In this document: positions 21,744-32,822 of the stretch, piece after piece
How positions within the stretch are numbered: the stretch's first letter is position 1
Layout: each line of letters starts with the position of its first letter
NCBI GenBank assembly: GCA_044070495.1
Contig: JBIPSI010000003.1
Span: 160,001 to 224,000 of the forward strand
Source: Spirulina sp.
Lineage (GTDB): Bacteria; Cyanobacteriota; Cyanobacteriia; Phormidesmidales; Phormidesmidaceae
Length of the DNA: 64,000 bases
Direction of reading: 5' to 3'
Program-made: the position numbers and the translations under genes
Notes under the pieces: generated by a model
Database searches by the model: none
What the model saw: only the letters and a program-made list of their open reading frames with translations
What the model was told of the DNA's origin: nothing

Positions 21744-22178
21744 CTAGATGTAATACATGATGTCGATCTGTTGTTTGGCGTTGCGTTGTTCCAGCAGGTC
21801 TTGCAAGGTATAGCGTTGCAGCACCGTCTCCGCCGCCTGACGCACCTCCCCCCACACATCCTGAATCACCACCGCCTCTAGAGTTTCGGGGGATTTGTCC
21901 GCATCGGGCTGGCCATCAAACCCTTCGATGCAGCTCATCACATCGTAGAGACTGACTTTCCACGGCTCACGGGCCAGCAAATAGCCCCCCCGCGCCCCCC
22001 GCTGGCTTTTGACCAATCCGGCTCGACGCAGCGTCGCCAACAGTTGCTCTAAGTATCGGTCAGGGATGCTTTGCTTAGCGGAAATTTGACGAATTTGTAA
22101 GGGTTCGCCGCTGGCATGGTGGGCGCTGAGTTCAATTAAAGCCAGCAGGGCGTATTCACTTTTGCAAGACAAATCCAC
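21744..22178 (-). CDS. Rrf2-family regulator, CymR-like (no Fe-S Cys triad)
   Basis: YLEQLL..LRRAGLVKS.RG.RGGY.L motif and MYYI tail; immediately upstream of cysK; GTG start inferred. Confidence 0.9.
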   Translation of the reverse strand: MDLSCKSEYALLALIELSAHHASGEPLQIRQISAKQSIPDRYLEQLLATLRRAGLVKSQRGARGGYLLAREPWKVSLYDVMSCIEGFDGQPDADKSPETLEAVVIQDVWGEVRQAAETVLQRYTLQDLLEQRNAKQQIDIMYYI

Positions 22179-22259
22179 GGCAGGGAGGCAGCTAAAGGGC
22201 GACACCCCTAGTATACTCCGGTTCTCCACTGGGGTTTGCAGGATTTATAAGGCTAGGGG

Positions 22260-22784
22260 TCAACTCAGCCAGAACAGTCCCCCTAGAACTATCCCAACCA
22301 ATCCCAGCGCTATCCACAGAAAGCCATTATCACCAGTGTTCACTTGGCTCAGATCCAGCGGTTCCGGCTCTGGTTTGGGCGAACGCCTCGGCCTCGAACG
22401 CAGTTGTACCGTGGAAAGGCCACCGCCGGAGGGGTTGCCCTCCTCCAAACTCCCCAGGTCGGGAATTTGGCTCATCCAGTTGCCCGGTCGTCGTAGCTGG
22501 GGGGCTTGCAGAATGTACAGCAAATTCTTGGCCTGTTTACGCACCTCCAAATCAGGGTGGCGGGTGAGGGTTTCGCAGAGGGCCTCGGCCTCGCGACCCT
22601 GGCCCACGGCATTGTAGGCATTCACCAGCCAGATCTGAATTTCTCCACCCAGGGGAGTGGTCGCCCTAGCCAGCTTCACCCCCGCCTCAAAATGGGTCAT
22701 CGCCTGCCGGTAGTTGCCATGCTCAAAGGCGGCTTGGCCCTGGGCGTATTCGGTCTGGGCTTGGGAGCGAGGATCGGTGGTCAT
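22260..22784 (-). CDS. TPR-like protein with C-terminal TM helix
   Basis: Helical TPR-like N-terminus, LLYILQAP.L motif and hydrophobic tail. Confidence 0.75.
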   Translation of the reverse strand: MTTDPRSQAQTEYAQGQAAFEHGNYRQAMTHFEAGVKLARATTPLGGEIQIWLVNAYNAVGQGREAEALCETLTRHPDLEVRKQAKNLLYILQAPQLRRPGNWMSQIPDLGSLEEGNPSGGGLSTVQLRSRPRRSPKPEPEPLDLSQVNTGDNGFLWIALGLVGIVLGGLFWLS

Positions 22785-22818
22785 GGTCGTGAAAGGGGCG
22801 TAGAAGGGGTGGGGATAA

Positions 22819-23628
22819 CTAGCGGAGGGACTGGATGGTCTGAGCGGTCAGTTGGGTGATGGCATCGACCACCACCGCAGCCCCGGCTTGGGTGAGGCTG
22901 TCGCGGTAGGACTGGCTATAGTCGCCCCCGATGGCGGTGACATGGGGTGGAAGGATACCAACCCCGATCCAGGGGCGTTGGGGACGCTGTGTTTCGGCAT
23001 GGCCCAGGGTTTGCATATCCGCAACAGTATCCCCAGCGTAGAGCACGGGTAAATTAGGGGAAAGCTGGTGCTGTTTTGTCAGGTGATCCACGACCTCAAA
23101 CAATCCAGTCGGATCGGGCTTACCAGGGGCATCCTCCATGGCAATCAGCACCGGGGAAGACAACCCAATCCGCCGCTCCAGCACATAGCGGGCCGACCCA
23201 CGGGTGGCCCCGCTGAAAAAGCCCCAGGGAACGCCATCGGCGCTGAGTTGGTCAAAATACGCTTTATCCACCAGCAGCGGCTCCTGGGTAATGTAGCCCG
23301 TCCATTGGTCGTTTTCCCCTTGATTAGGGCCACGGTAGCGGCTTTGGAAAAAGGCCACAATCTCGTCGTAGGTAATAGGGACTTGGTTGCGGGATTTCCC
23401 CTGACGCTCAAAATATCTCAGGATCAATTCCTGCGACCCTTCCCAGTCGTTATTCCAAATCCCTTCCCCCTTGAGGGTGTCGATGTCCTCTGGGGTGGGT
23501 CGATAGCCGCCCTGGGTAAATTGCTCCACGGTATCGGCTAGGGCACGGCGATAGGAGTTGCCCACATCGCGCAGTACACCGTCGATATCAAAGACGAGAA
23601 TGGCTGTGGGGTGAGGAAATGCAGTCAT
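22819..23628 (-). CDS. HAD-family hydrolase (TIGR01548-like)
   Basis: FDIDGV motif I, WNNDW, KPDP and GDTVAD motifs. Confidence 0.88.
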   Translation of the reverse strand: MTAFPHPTAILVFDIDGVLRDVGNSYRRALADTVEQFTQGGYRPTPEDIDTLKGEGIWNNDWEGSQELILRYFERQGKSRNQVPITYDEIVAFFQSRYRGPNQGENDQWTGYITQEPLLVDKAYFDQLSADGVPWGFFSGATRGSARYVLERRIGLSSPVLIAMEDAPGKPDPTGLFEVVDHLTKQHQLSPNLPVLYAGDTVADMQTLGHAETQRPQRPWIGVGILPPHVTAIGGDYSQSYRDSLTQAGAAVVVDAITQLTAQTIQSLR

Positions 23629-23712
23629 AACCGGGGCAGATTTGTCTAGAGGTCAGGGTTAAAGTGGTAAGATTATAGACTGTAGTATTTTTCAGTTGCG
23701 GCGGAGGTCTAG

Positions 23713-24012
23713 TTGTCCAGATTTGTCTTAAAAGTACTCTGGCTCGAAAATGACGTGGCGCTAGCGGTTGATCAGGTTGTGGGTAAGGGCACCAGTCCGC
23801 TTACGTCCTACTTCTTCTGGCCGCGCAACGATGCCTGGGAACAAATGAAAACCGAACTGGAAAGTAAGCCCTGGATTGAAGAAGAAGAACGGGTTGAAAT
23901 CCTCAACAAAGCCACGGAAATCATCAACTATTGGCAGGAAGAGGGCAAGGGTAAATCCCTAACCGATGCCCAAGTCCGCTTCCCCGAAATTACCTTCACC
24001 GGTAGTTCGTGA
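23713..24012 (+). CDS. ycf65: 30S ribosomal protein PSRP-3 (Ycf65)
   Basis: LKVLWL...AVDQ...[14 protein letters not shown] motif. Confidence 0.93.
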   Translation: MSRFVLKVLWLENDVALAVDQVVGKGTSPLTSYFFWPRNDAWEQMKTELESKPWIEEEERVEILNKATEIINYWQEEGKGKSLTDAQVRFPEITFTGSS

Positions 24013-24054
24013 TTTGGGATGATTGACGCTCGGCGTTGATTCCCATCAAGCTCT

Positions 24055-24089
24055 AAAAAAGAACCCCATCATAGATGAGGTTCTTTTTT
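24055..24089. terminator. Bidirectional intrinsic terminator between convergent ycf65 and atpC
   Basis: AAAAAAGAACCCCATC-ATA-GATGAGGTTCTTTTTT. Confidence 0.85.
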
Positions 24090-24130
24090 ATTGAGTATTG
24101 GGCGAGTTTCACCTTCAGAAAAACCGCCGC

Positions 24131-24538
24131 CTACTTGATACCTTCAGCGGCCTGAAGTTTGGCACGGGCACGTTTTACAGCTTGGCGGGCTTGGATGACG
24201 GCTTGCTTGTCGTCTTCCTTTACTTGGCCAAGGCGAGCTTCGGCCTCTTCAAAGGCGGTACGGGCCGCAGCGGGATCGATGTTCTCGCCACGCTCAGCTC
24301 CGTTCACCAGAATGGTGACTTCGTTGGTATCAACCTCGGCAAACCCACCCATGAGAGCAATGGGAATCCAGGTTTTATCAGATCGCACCCGCATCACGCC
24401 GATATCCAGCGCGGTCATTAGGGGGGCGTGGCCAGCCAGAATACCGAGCTGACCCGTGGTGCTGGGTAGGATGACCTCCTCAGCTTCGGAATCCCAGACG
24501 GTTTTGTCTGGGGCAATCACGCGAACGGTTAAGGCCAT
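24131..24538 (-). CDS. atpC: ATP synthase F1 epsilon subunit
   Basis: [17 protein letters not shown] and MGGFAEV motifs; downstream of the beta subunit. Confidence 0.97.
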   Translation of the reverse strand: MALTVRVIAPDKTVWDSEAEEVILPSTTGQLGILAGHAPLMTALDIGVMRVRSDKTWIPIALMGGFAEVDTNEVTILVNGAERGENIDPAAARTAFEEAEARLGQVKEDDKQAVIQARQAVKRARAKLQAAEGIK

Positions 24539-24592
24539 AGCAATACTGCAAATGAGGTGGATGGTCGAGAAAGAAGGTGACAGACGTGGTTG

Positions 24593-24700
24593 GCCCTTAC
24601 CCTAAATCCTTCTCCGAGGGGAGATCCCCCTAAATCCCCCTTAAAAAGGGTGACTTTGAATTCGGTTCCCCCTTCATAAGGGGGGCTAGGGGGGATCAAC
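24593..24700. repeat. GC-rich hairpin repeat cluster inside the atpD-atpC spacer
   Basis: CCCCCTAAATCCCCCTTAAAAAGGGTGACTTTG...CCCCCTTCATAAGGGGGGCTAGGGGGGATC, matching 8396-8502. Confidence 0.8.
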
Positions 24701-24758
24701 CCTTGGGGCAAGACGGATCACATAGACGGTGAGGGTAACCTGCCTTCAGGGAGAGGGT

Positions 24759-26231
<1,473 letters not shown>

Positions 26232-26479
26232 TCAGCTAGTTTGGCGGCTTCTATGTCACTGTTACATTCCAAAGCGCCATCATTCAGATTATCACTAGAG
26301 TGCAACGCCCCACGATGATTCTACGGACTTTGTGGAGCGGATCGACCAAATCCTTCTGTCAACTGGGTTACGGTCTAATTCAGTAGAGAGCGTTGCTAGA
26401 CGTTCACTGGATTGTCCAGAAAGCTAGCGTTGAGCCAAGGCTTACCGTTTCTTCCTACCTCTTGGCCGAGGATCGATTT

Positions 26480-26538
26480 CCGACTCAACCTGGCCTGCTC
26501 ACCCCCAGTATCAGCGGGCGAGGAGACCTCTCCCCTAC
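26480..26538 (-). repeat. GTAG REP-like palindrome with an extension shared with 61921-61980
   Basis: GCCTGCTCACCCCC...GCGGGCGAGGAGACCTCTCCCCTAC; a similar inverted copy lies at 61921. Confidence 0.65.
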
Positions 26539-26580
26539 GGATTGTCGGGCTGGGAAGCGAGGTTTTCCAATTCAGACTTT

Positions 26581-27207
26581 CTATCCTTCCACTCCAAGGA
26601 TGGCTTGGGCCGTTAGGTTTAGGCTGGGAAAGATAGACGACGTAATGCGTTGATCGCCGCGCAGGAGTTGCCGATCATAACGTCCCTCTGCGTTCAATAG
26701 GCAGACGGTTAGCGTGGGTTGTTTGGGCCGACCAATGAAGAACTCGCCGCCAAGACCTTGATAGTCGGCAATCCAGTATTCTGGGATGCCCAGCAGAGCG
26801 TAGTCTTCGAGCTTACGGGCATAGTCGTTTTGCCAATTGCTGCTGACGACCTCTGCCACAAATTTGATCGTGTTGCCAAGGGTGACGACGGGTTGGCTGG
26901 CCCACAGCGGCTCTTCGGCCAAGGCGGCGCGGTCTAGGACGATCACATCAGGCCGAAACCCAGTCTGGTTGGCGAGGGGTTTGATCAAGCAGCGATGAGG
27001 GATGAAGTAATCGGCCCCCTGCTGGACGATGTCGTAATTAAGCCAGCGGGCGATGGTCGCCGCCACTTCTTCATGGGGGCCAGTTGGTTCCAAGTCAAAT
27101 AGCTCTCCGTCAATGAGTTCGTAGCGGCTGTCGTCACCATACCGAGCCAGGAAATCCTCAAAGCTCAGGGCAATGGGTTGGATGGGGAGATCGCTTGCGA
27201 GTGCCAT
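26581..27207 (-). CDS. Uma2-family (DUF820) endonuclease-like protein
   Basis: YELIDG, PD, EVVS and K..DYA..GIPEYWI.D motifs. Confidence 0.9.
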   Translation of the reverse strand: MALASDLPIQPIALSFEDFLARYGDDSRYELIDGELFDLEPTGPHEEVAATIARWLNYDIVQQGADYFIPHRCLIKPLANQTGFRPDVIVLDRAALAEEPLWASQPVVTLGNTIKFVAEVVSSNWQNDYARKLEDYALLGIPEYWIADYQGLGGEFFIGRPKQPTLTVCLLNAEGRYDRQLLRGDQRITSSIFPSLNLTAQAILGVEG

Positions 27208-27451
27208 GGTTGCTCTGACGGCCCTGGGGGTGCTATGGGCGAACGGTAAGCTCTGTATCAGTTTATCGTGATCGCCTCAGGCTAGGCGATCTCCTCGCCA
27301 GCGCCGTCATCCCTGCGGCAACTGTGCCAACATGTTCTTGGGAGACCGAATAAACCGACAGCTTTGCCGTGCGCCCTGCCGCCACGGATGGGCCAGGTAT
27401 GATGAGTCTTAAGGTTGCCGAATTCTGGGCCTACTGGCCAGGTGTGCTGCA

Positions 27452-28006
27452 ATGACTGTGACGATTGCCCGCTGGACTCTGGCTGACTACCACCACCTGG
27501 TGCAAGCTGGCCTGTTGGAAGGTCGGTCGCTTGAATTGCTGAACGGGTTGATTGTCGAAATGCCGCCAGAAGGGCCAGAACATGCCGATGCCTCAACTCG
27601 CTTGATGCCGCTACTCTGGGGGGTGGCCCAGGGGCGTTATCAGGTGAGGGCGGCTAAGCCCATCAGTATCCCCTCCAGCGATAGCGAACCGGAACCCGAT
27701 ATTGCCCTGGTGCGTGATCGCTCATACCGAAGCGCCCACCCACACCCTGAGGAGATTTTTCTAGTCATTGAATTTTCTAACACGAGTCTGGCTAAAGACA
27801 CTGAAGATAAACCGCTGGTTTACGCCCAGGCCGGGATTGCAGACTACTGGGTGGTGAATTTACGAGATCGCTGTGTCATGCTCTACCGCCGCCCTGCCGA
27901 AGGTCGTTATCAATCTGAGCAAACACTGTTCTCCGGAGAAATTGCTCCGCTGGCATTTCCCGATGTCACGGTCAATATAGCCCGCTTGCTGGCTCACGAG
28001 TCCTGA
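27452..28006 (+). CDS. Uma2-family (DUF820) endonuclease-like protein
   Basis: ELLNG, EPEPD, LVIE and K..YAQAGI.DYWVVNL motifs. Confidence 0.9.
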   Translation: MTVTIARWTLADYHHLVQAGLLEGRSLELLNGLIVEMPPEGPEHADASTRLMPLLWGVAQGRYQVRAAKPISIPSSDSEPEPDIALVRDRSYRSAHPHPEEIFLVIEFSNTSLAKDTEDKPLVYAQAGIADYWVVNLRDRCVMLYRRPAEGRYQSEQTLFSGEIAPLAFPDVTVNIARLLAHES

Positions 28007-28111
28007 CCTGGGGCTATACCGCTTGCAAGTGCCCTGGTTGCTCTGGCGGCCCTGGAGAATGGGATAGCCTGGGATAGGCAAAGACTAGCGTTGCTTCGTC
28101 GCTTACTCAGT

Positions 28112-28284
28112 CTCAGTAGATCACAAAGTCAGATCACAAAGTCCCCCTAACCCTCACCCCCAGCCCCTCTCCCAGGAGGGAGAGGGGAGCTAGAACGCCC
28201 CTCAAAGTCCCTCTCCCACGTTGGGAGAGGGATTTAGGGTGAGGGCCAGATCCGCGCAATCGAGCAAGTTTGTGATCTACTGAG
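28112..28284. mobile_element. MITE-like element with perfect 16-bp terminal inverted repeats around two GC hairpin cores
   Basis: CTCAGTAGATCACAAA (28112-28127) and TTTGTGATCTACTGAG (28269-28284). Confidence 0.7.
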
Positions 28285-28470
28285 TCTATCGTGATCGCCG
28301 CATGGCCCCAGCCACCGCCCCAGTTCGCGCTAGGGTCATGGTGCGTTAGCTATCTGAGGGAGGGAATGAAGCGTGAAGAATGGGACGATGGCGACCAATT
28401 TGGGAACGCTACAGGAATCAGCCGCCAGGGCTGTGTAGGGTCTCCTAAGTCGTTTTGGTCAACCCCAGCC

Positions 28471-29217
28471 ATGATGCAACGTCTTCAGCATTTAACCAAT
28501 ACCTTGCAAACCCAATGGTCTTACAACTCCAGCGCCCGTGGCACCGCCAAAATGGCCGCTGGGGCTATCTTAATCGCCGAAGGGGTGTTTGGCGTTAGCC
28601 GATCCCTCATCAGGGGACGACGCCCTAGTAACGGTGGTAGTGGCCTGTTTGGCAGTGCCGTCGGAGTTGTTGCGGGAGGCTTTTTCATGGGGGTCGGTTT
28701 GATGATCGCTCCCCGCCCCTTTGCGGATGAAATCGTCATCACCGGGGAAATTGTGCAGGTAGACCGGGTCACCGACAGCGACGGCGACACCCTCTACCGC
28801 CCCGTGTATGGCTATACCGTCAACGATCAGACCTATCAGTTCAACTCATCGGTGCGATCCAGCCATCGGCCTAGCATTGGCTATCCGGTCACCATCGGCT
28901 ACTCGGAGTCGGCCCCGGACAATGCCCGCCGTCTGGATGGGATGGATGGCCACTTCCATCTGATTTTTGTCGGAATCGGGGGCCTAGTGATGGTGTTTTC
29001 TCTAGTCAGCCTGGGCGTTAGCATCGTGCTGATTGTAGTCGGTGTCCGGTTGATCATGGCCGGACGGCAGGATCGCCAAATTGCAGGCCACAATACCAGC
29101 CTGATGGAGGATATCTTCTCTCTGACCCAGCGGGCCAACAACGGCGAGATCGACATTCACCACACTGCCGCTGGCCAAACCGGACAGAACCAGGGCGACT
29201 TTGAATGGAAAGCCTGA
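28471..29217 (+). CDS. DUF3592-like membrane protein
   Basis: TM helices flanking G.IV...Y.PV..Y.V.....Y and V.I.Y....P..AR motifs; start inferred. Confidence 0.7.
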   Translation: MMQRLQHLTNTLQTQWSYNSSARGTAKMAAGAILIAEGVFGVSRSLIRGRRPSNGGSGLFGSAVGVVAGGFFMGVGLMIAPRPFADEIVITGEIVQVDRVTDSDGDTLYRPVYGYTVNDQTYQFNSSVRSSHRPSIGYPVTIGYSESAPDNARRLDGMDGHFHLIFVGIGGLVMVFSLVSLGVSIVLIVVGVRLIMAGRQDRQIAGHNTSLMEDIFSLTQRANNGEIDIHHTAAGQTGQNQGDFEWKA

Positions 29218-29288
29218 TGCGCCTTGCCCTTAACCTAGTGTTTAGGTTGGGAAGATAGAATGCAGGCATCGGTTCGATTAGGCAGGCA

Positions 29289-31472
29289 ATGGCGAAGGCA
29301 AAGGCAAAGGACAGCGAGGTCAAGGCAGAGGAATCCTCGGCGGCGGCCATCAATTTGGCGGATCCTCAGTACTACGTTAACCGCGAGCTGAGCTGGCTAG
29401 ATTTTAACGAGCGGGTGCTAAACGAAGCCCTGGATCCGCGCACGCCGCTGATCGAGCGGCTGAAGTTTTTGGCTATTTACAGCTCCAACCTAGACGAATT
29501 TTTCATGGTGCGTATTTCCGGCGTCATGGAACAGATTGATGCCGATGTGCATCCCAAAACCCCCGATGGCCTGTCGCCCAAAAAGCAGTTGGTGGCCATG
29601 CGGGCGCATTTATTGGAAAAAGTCGCCCTTCAGCACCGCACCTTCGAGCAGGAACTCCGCCCCGCCCTCACCCAGCACGGGGTGCATCTGCTGAACTATG
29701 CCGATCTCAGCGCGGATCAGCAGCAGTTTTTGCGAGATTACTTTGAAAAACGCATTTTTCCGGTGCTGACTCCCCTCAGCGTGGATCCGGCCCATCCCTT
29801 CCCCCGCATGTCGAACCTGAGCCTGAATTTGGCGGTGCGAGTGGTCAATCCCGAAAATGGCCAAGAGCGATTTGCACGGGTGAAGGTGCCTAGCAACCTA
29901 CCTCGGTTTGTGGGGATGCCAGAGGCCCTTTGCCATTACCAGGGCAAAGATTGCGTATGGGTTGGCGTCCCCCTAGAGCAGATTATTTCTGAGAATTTAG
30001 ATGCTCTCTTTCCGGGCATGAGCATCGGCGGACACCACGCCTTTCGCATTACCCGCGATGCCGATTTTCCGGTGCTGGAAGAAGAGGCCGACGACCTACT
30101 CATTGCCATTGAACAGGAAATTAGCAAGCGACGCCTGGAAGGATTTATCTGCCGCCTAGAGATCGAGCAAAGTATGCCCGAAGATCTGCGCCAGGGGATT
30201 ATGCGCGAGCTGGCCGTGAGTGATGATCGGGTGTACGACATTGATGGCATGTTAAGCCTCAAGGATCTCTTCTTCTTCCTTTCCTTACCCCTGCCAGAAC
30301 TGAAGGATACCCCTTGGTCTGCCCTCACGCCGCCCCGCCTGAAGCCCGTCATCGAAGTAGAAGAAGATGGCTATGCAGAGCAGGCTCCCGATATTTTTGC
30401 GGCCATTCGTCAGGGCGATATCTTAGTGCATCATCCCTACGAATCTTTCAAGGCATCCGTCCAGGAATTTATTACCCAGGCGGCGAATGATCCGAAGGTT
30501 CTCGCCATTAAAATTACCCTCTATCGCACCTCCGGGGATTCCCCAATTGTGAAGGCGCTGATCAACGCTGCGGCTAACCGTAAACAGGTGGTGGCTTTAG
30601 TCGAACTGAAAGCCCGCTTTGATGAGGCCAACAATATTGTCTGGGCCAAGCGCCTAGAGGATGCCGGAGTGCATGTGGTCTACGGCGTGGTGGGGCTAAA
30701 AACCCACACCAAAACCACCCTAGTGGTGCGGGAGGAGGGCGATGAAATTCGCCGCTATGTCCACATTGGCACCGGAAACTATAACCCCAAAACCTCCAGC
30801 CTCTATACCGATTTGGGGCTGTTTAGCTGTCGGGAAGATCTAGGTGCTGACCTCACAGATCTATTCAATTTCCTCACCGGATACTCCCGTCAGCAAGCCT
30901 ACCGCAAGCTGTTAGTGGCACCCCTGACTCTGCGGGATCGCATGGAAGGACTCATTCGCCGGGAAATTGACCTGGCCCACAGTGGCAAACCAGGAAAGAT
31001 GATTGCCAAAATGAATTCCCTCGTAGACGGCAGAATCATTCGGTTGCTCTACGAAGCCTCCCAGGCAGGGGTCGAAATTGATCTGATTATTCGCGGCATT
31101 TGTTGTCTGCGTCCTGGTGTTCCTGGGGTCAGCGAAAATATTCGAGTGATCAGCGTCATCGGGCGCTTTTTGGAACATTCGCGCATCTTCTATTTCTATA
31201 ACGACGGACAGCCCGAATACTACATTGGCAGCGCCGACTGGATGACCCGTAACCTGGATCGTCGGGTGGAGGCCATTACCCCCGTGGAAGACCCGGCGCT
31301 GGTGAAGGAATTGCAGAACATTTTGCAGATTGCCCTGGCCGACAATCGCCAAGCCTGGGACATGGCCGCCGATGGCACCTTTACCCAACGCCGCCCCGCC
31401 GAAGGTGAGGAAGAACGCGGCACCCACAACACCCTCATGGCCCTGGCCCTGAAGCGGGATCGGTCTTGCTAG
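29289..31472 (+). CDS. ppk1: Polyphosphate kinase 1
   Basis: NRELSWL.FN.RVL, LDEFFMVR, HHPY, ELKARFDE, GTGNYN, SADWM.RN and RRVE motifs. Confidence 0.98.
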   Translation: MAKAKAKDSEVKAEESSAAAINLADPQYYVNRELSWLDFNERVLNEALDPRTPLIERLKFLAIYSSNLDEFFMVRISGVMEQIDADVHPKTPDGLSPKKQLVAMRAHLLEKVALQHRTFEQELRPALTQHGVHLLNYADLSADQQQFLRDYFEKRIFPVLTPLSVDPAHPFPRMSNLSLNLAVRVVNPENGQERFARVKVPSNLPRFVGMPEALCHYQGKDCVWVGVPLEQIISENLDALFPGMSIGGHHAFRITRDADFPVLEEEADDLLIAIEQEISKRRLEGFICRLEIEQSMPEDLRQGIMRELAVSDDRVYDIDGMLSLKDLFFFLSLPLPELKDTPWSALTPPRLKPVIEVEEDGYAEQAPDIFAAIRQGDILVHHPYESFKASVQEFITQAANDPKVLAIKITLYRTSGDSPIVKALINAAANRKQVVALVELKARFDEANNIVWAKRLEDAGVHVVYGVVGLKTHTKTTLVVREEGDEIRRYVHIGTGNYNPKTSSLYTDLGLFSCREDLGADLTDLFNFLTGYSRQQAYRKLLVAPLTLRDRMEGLIRREIDLAHSGKPGKMIAKMNSLVDGRIIRLLYEASQAGVEIDLIIRGICCLRPGVPGVSENIRVISVIGRFLEHSRIFYFYNDGQPEYYIGSADWMTRNLDRRVEAITPVEDPALVKELQNILQIALADNRQAWDMAADGTFTQRRPAEGEEERGTHNTLMALALKRDRSC

Positions 31473-31526
31473 GTAGAGGCTTTTGTCTGGGTTGACGCTT
31501 CCGCCATTCGGGGCAAACCCCGCTAA

Positions 31527-31657
31527 GAGGGCGTTTGAAAAGGGTTGCCTCAGGTGCGATTGGTCGCTAGATCGGTGCAAATCTACGGGATTTTTGACGA
31601 CTGAGGCTGACCTCATCGGTATAACTTGGGACGAGCTTCAGCTTTTCAAACGGCCTC
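31527..31657. mobile_element. 131-bp MITE with IS5-family (IS1031-like) ends and TAA target duplication
   Basis: TAA|GAGGGCGTTTGAAAAG ... CTTTTCAAACGGCCTC|TAA (IR 15/16). Confidence 0.75.
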
Positions 31658-32238
31658 TAAGACAGGAAAAGGCCACTTTCCGAGCAAATCCCCCGCAGGG
31701 GCCGATCCCACACATCCCTAGGCAGGCTGGGCAGACGTGCATACTCAAACACAATGCCCACCGTGGGCACATTGCGCCAGGTCGGTTGGCTCAGCATTCG
31801 GTCGTAGTATCCAGCTCCATAGCCTAGCCGATAGCCCTTCACATCGCAGGCCACCGCAGGCACCAAAATCAAATCCACTAGGCTGGCCTCCACTAGGGGC
31901 GATTCTGGGTGAGGTTCCAAAATGCCGTAGGCTCCCTTGGTGAGGGGCCAATGTCCCTGGGGTGTCCAGAGGTGCCAGGACAGAGTTTTGCCCACACAGC
32001 GGGGTAGCCCCCAGTGGGTATGAATCTGCGTCAACGGGCTAAGGTCGGGTTCTTGGCGAAAGCTGGTGTAGGCCAAAATCACCCGACAACGGCGGAAATA
32101 GTCCCAGCGGGAGAGGTGATCGCAAATTTGGTCGCTCTTTTGCCGCCACACTTGGGCCGGAATGCTTTGCCGCGCCTTCAGCAATCGGCGACGCAGGTCG
32201 GCTTTGGCTTCGCGGTTCAGTTCGGCGGGGGTGGGCAC
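31657..32238 (-). CDS. 5-formyltetrahydrofolate cyclo-ligase
   Basis: K..LRR, YGILEP, DLILVP, RLGYGAGYYDR and WD motifs. Confidence 0.93.
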   Translation of the reverse strand: MPTPAELNREAKADLRRRLLKARQSIPAQVWRQKSDQICDHLSRWDYFRRCRVILAYTSFRQEPDLSPLTQIHTHWGLPRCVGKTLSWHLWTPQGHWPLTKGAYGILEPHPESPLVEASLVDLILVPAVACDVKGYRLGYGAGYYDRMLSQPTWRNVPTVGIVFEYARLPSLPRDVWDRPLRGICSESGLFLS

Positions 32239-32381
32239 AGGGAAGACGGACTGGAAGATTGCGGGCGGGGGAAGAAAAGGTTGCAGCCCTGGGACAGAGC
32301 GGTGTAGGACTGGCTAGCGATAGCGTAACGCATCAACACCCCAGATCGAACCCTGGAATCTGGGTCTTGGGATGCTTGGTT

Positions 32382-32822
32382 CTACGGCAATCGATAGCTG
32401 GCCACTCTAACTGTCAAATCACCCTCCTGGGGGTTGTGGCTGAAGACGAAACTGCCCGCCTTGGTTTCGTGGCCGGAGAGGAAGTCGATTTGTTGTTCTC
32501 CGGTTTCGTCCTCGGCATTGGGGATATGCAGTTCGGCGGTGACCTGGACGCCGTTGGCAATGCGACCCCCGGTGTTGGTGATGGCGAAGGGCACATAGTA
32601 GCGGCCATCGGTGATGCGGATGGCATCGGAGACGGCTACATCAAAGGCCGGGGGGCGGCTTTGGTTCACCTGCCAGTCGTAGAGAATCAGGCTAACCAGC
32701 GCCAGCAAAATCAGGGCAGACACCCAAAAGGTGACCCATTCCGCCAAGGATCGACGGGTGAAGCCCTGGGCATCCAAAGGGGTCGGGGGTGGGGATGGGG
32801 AGGAATGGTTCAGCAGACTCAT
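32382..32822 (-). CDS. TIGR02588-family protein
   Basis: RSLAEWVTF TM, YYVPF.ITN.G, EQQIDFLS and VASY.LP motifs. Confidence 0.85.
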   Translation of the reverse strand: MSLLNHSSPSPPPTPLDAQGFTRRSLAEWVTFWVSALILLALVSLILYDWQVNQSRPPAFDVAVSDAIRITDGRYYVPFAITNTGGRIANGVQVTAELHIPNAEDETGEQQIDFLSGHETKAGSFVFSHNPQEGDLTVRVASYRLP

